The notes beneath the pieces are model-generated. The model was given only the letters and a program-made list of their open reading frames with translations. It searched no databases and was not told the DNA's origin. A DNA stretch of 29,645 bases, taken from NCBI GenBank assembly GCA_049599895.1, contig JBMYPC010000023.1, positions 1 through 29,645 of the forward strand, in the 5' to 3' direction. The DNA is from Bacteriovoracaceae bacterium. GTDB lineage: Bacteria > Bdellovibrionota > Bacteriovoracia > Bacteriovoracales > Bacteriovoracaceae. The translations under genes were made by a program, and so were the position numbers. Shown here piece after piece: positions 26,918 to 29,645 of the stretch (position 1 is the stretch's first letter; every line of letters begins with the position of its first letter).

Positions 26918-29645
26918 CTAATCCTCCCCACTCTATCCATAAGGTTCATTGCAGGAACTTTGATAAAGACCGGATTAGATTCTTCTCTTAAAATAAAGTC
27001 TTTTGTTCCTGAGGAAAGAATATCTTCAGAGACAATTATATTGGCAACAGTCTGCTTGATCGTCATTCGATCTTTCTCAAGTGCTTGGACGATGCCTCGA
27101 ATGTCGCCTTTGTATCGCCTCATATCATCCTTGTTGAAACCTGGAGGGACAAAGTCGTTAAGTTTTTTTACAAATCCTGAGTAAGCATTCATGAGGTTGC
27201 GGTTAATTAAAACAATCGAATTACCATCACCATATTCATAAAGTCTTTCAATCGCAGCTTTAAAAGTAGCTAGTTCTGAAATCTTTCTTTGAATTGTTTT
27301 TGCAAAGAAGTCCCGTGGGAATTCAAAGTTAAAGTTTAAAAACTTTGAAAGTGCTACATTAACCTGAAGAGTTTCAAACTGAGAGAGAACGCGAACACCT
27401 TGATAAGCGATCGGCTTATCTTGGTTTCTCAGATGATTAAAATACCTTTGGCTTGCCTGATAAAGAGCACTATAGTCCTGTGATTTTTTATAATTTCTCC
27501 AAGCAAGTTGTGTCGTCACTAGGAAGAGACCTTCCCAATAGACCTTATTCGATTTGAAAATTTCAGCCGCAAGAGTCAGATTCGACCAAACCTTCTTCTC
27601 TAAATGATAATTTACGTATTCTTTAAAGACAGAAACTCTTGTTTTTGTTTCAATTTTGCATCGATTAAAGAGATTGAATAACTCCTTAGGCTCAGGTATA
27701 TCTTTTTCTTCCATAAAAGCGATAGTCATATAGTTTTTGAAGAAATTATTTTTGTCTTTATCTTTTCTTTTACAAAGTTTATCGAAAACCGATTGATAGA
27801 GTTTTCTTGCAACCGTAAATTGAGTCTGATTATGAATATCTGAAATCATTACAAGAAATGATGAAGAGAACTTTGAAATCTCATCACCGTTCATCAGATC
27901 AACAGCTTTTTGAATCCAGGCACCACTGTAAACAGGATGACCTAATTCATGAAATAGAACCCCGACATTATAAGCAGCATTCTTTTTCGCTTCTTTTGTA
28001 CTTGCATTTGAATTATAGATTTCCATATAACCTTGGAGAGCTTGTTTTTTACTCCCCTTGGTATTGAGTTTCTCAACATCTTCAAACTGAAGGGCCAACA
28101 GAATATAACGAAGTTTCGTTGCATACTTCTTTGAGACTTTAATATTTCCTCGATTAATTTCAGCAACCCATCTCTTGATGCCGCCTCTGTCACCTGTTCC
28201 TTTGAAGTAATCAATGATCCTTGCAAGCATTGCTTCTTGAATCTTGTAATCTTTTGGGAAAAGTTTCGTGTAAAGATGAATTTGTTTTTCAGCATCACCT
28301 ATCTGCTTCTTATCCATATGGAAATTAAAAAGTCTTTGAATCAATTTTGAAGTTTTTGGATTTTTGGGATAAAGACGAATAAACTCTGAATAAACAATTG
28401 GAAAATATTCAGCAGCAACCTTTTTATCAACTCTTCTCATATTACCAAGGCATGCCAGCATACCTGTGACTGCAAGCTTATTATATTTCTCATCATTCTT
28501 TTTAAGTGAGCCAATTCGAGACTTATCGTAAAGCTTTAATGCTTTAAGATAGCTTTTAATGGCAAAAAATGTTTCTCCTGCAAAATAATAATGAACATTT
28601 GCTCTTTCAGGATCAACCTCTGCAAGAAGCTCAAAATAACGAACTGCTTGTCTGGCCTTCCGACGTCTAATTTTTCTTAGTTTGACATAAACATTACCTG
28701 CCACCTGCTTTTGCAACATCGCACTGTATTTCTCAAGGTGGTATTGATAATCCGACTTTTGATCTTTACCGAGTCGTCCAGCTTGGTGTTCCTTTAAAAG
28801 CTTCTCTGAAATATTGAGATGCTTTTGATTCTTTCCAAATTTGTCGTAGAGGGCCAATAGTGAAAGATACGCCGTGACTCTCATTCTCTGTGAAGGTGAG
28901 TAGTTTAATGACTCACTTAAAGCAATCTCAGAAGATGTAAATTTTCCTTTATTAAGTAAGAAGCGACCAACTTTAACGAGATTATCCGCAACGTTACGTC
29001 CAATTTTTTTGTAAAATTTAATGGCCTCTTTGATTCTTCCAGCAGATGTATAGAAATAAGAGATATCTCTTTCTATTGCATACTTCATGTTGATGTATTT
29101 GGGATCAGAACTTAGATCATAAGCTTTTCTCATGAGATTGATTGCTTTAGACTTCTTTCCAACTCGAAAATAAGACCACGCGAGATTAAACAGATCTTTC
29201 GTGTACCATTTATTCTTTTTCTCTTTTAAAGCCTGCTCATAAAGAGGGATCGCTCTTTTGAATTCTTCCTGATTATAATAAAACTCCGCAAGAGCAATTA
29301 AAGACTTTGTTTTAGTGTAGTTTGTTTTCTTTGAGTACTTGATCGCCCTTTTAAAAAATTTCTTAGCCTTGAGAGGCTGTTGAAATTCTTTGGCGTTATA
29401 GGCAAGGATATAATAAACGTCGCCTTTTCTTTCAAAATTAGGAAAACGTTTAAGAATAAAATAACAAGTTTTTTGGGCCTTCACGAAATAAGAGTTCGAC
29501 TCTTTAAAGAAGTCTTTCTTCTTAATTTTGGTTCTTTTATCAGGAGAGAGCATTAAAAACTTCTCATTCTCAAGCTCTTTTAGAATTCTTGCTTTTTCCA
29601 AGAGAACTTCAGACATACGAAGGAGCATCATCGGTCTTGAACTTC
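26914..29645 (-). CDS. large TPR protein, GltD/AgmU-like (5' truncated by window)
   Basis: Multiple TPR repeats; frame stays open to the window edge; synteny with gltE-F-G-like genes. Confidence 0.8.
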   Translation of the reverse strand, partial: SSRPMMLLRMSEVLLEKARILKELENEKFLMLSPDKRTKIKKKDFFKESNSYFVKAQKTCYFILKRFPNFERKGDVYYILAYNAKEFQQPLKAKKFFKRAIKYSKKTNYTKTKSLIALAEFYYNQEEFKRAIPLYEQALKEKKNKWYTKDLFNLAWSYFRVGKKSKAINLMRKAYDLSSDPKYINMKYAIERDISYFYTSAGRIKEAIKFYKKIGRNVADNLVKVGRFLLNKGKFTSSEIALSESLNYSPSQRMRVTAYLSLLALYDKFGKNQKHLNISEKLLKEHQAGRLGKDQKSDYQYHLEKYSAMLQKQVAGNVYVKLRKIRRRKARQAVRYFELLAEVDPERANVHYYFAGETFFAIKSYLKALKLYDKSRIGSLKKNDEKYNKLAVTGMLACLGNMRRVDKKVAAEYFPIVYSEFIRLYPKNPKTSKLIQRLFNFHMDKKQIGDAEKQIHLYTKLFPKDYKIQEAMLARIIDYFKGTGDRGGIKRWVAEINRGNIKVSKKYATKLRYILLALQFEDVEKLNTKGSKKQALQGYMEIYNSNASTKEAKKNAAYNVGVLFHELGHPVYSGAWIQKAVDLMNGDEISKFSSSFLVMISDIHNQTQFTVARKLYQSVFDKLCKRKDKDKNNFFKNYMTIAFMEEKDIPEPKELFNLFNRCKIETKTRVSVFKEYVNYHLEKKVWSNLTLAAEIFKSNKVYWEGLFLVTTQLAWRNYKKSQDYSALYQASQRYFNHLRNQDKPIAYQGVRVLSQFETLQVNVALSKFLNFNFEFPRDFFAKTIQRKISELATFKAAIERLYEYGDGNSIVLINRNLMNAYSGFVKKLNDFVPPGFNKDDMRRYKGDIRGIVQALEKDRMTIKQTVANIIVSEDILSSGTKDFILREESNPVFIKVPAMNLMDRVGRIR

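Overview
AT-rich bacterial chromosomal window. The gene content (Agl/Glt-type gliding genes, sigma54/FliA-like promoters, many secreted hypotheticals) suggests Bdellovibrionota, probably Bacteriovoracales; this is an inference. Housekeeping genes are groES-groEL, lipA-lipB, polA and gmhA. The right end carries a TolQ/ExbD/ExbD (AglRQS-like) motor operon converging on a gltD-E-F-G-like operon. Main observations: (1) a 7-gene, apparently fully exported cluster (4335-11245) with three CxxCH heme-c proteins, including a Cyc2-like cytochrome-porin fusion, plus YceI and a Tat-exported DUF1501 protein; (2) a ~50-bp imperfect inverted repeat pair bracketing groEL, each copy itself a hairpin with a compensatory change; (3) a decayed outer-membrane protein gene between lipA and polA that the ORF track only partly shows; (4) a collagen-like protein resembling a cyanobacterial family. 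No rRNA, tRNA, CRISPR array or mobile element was seen.
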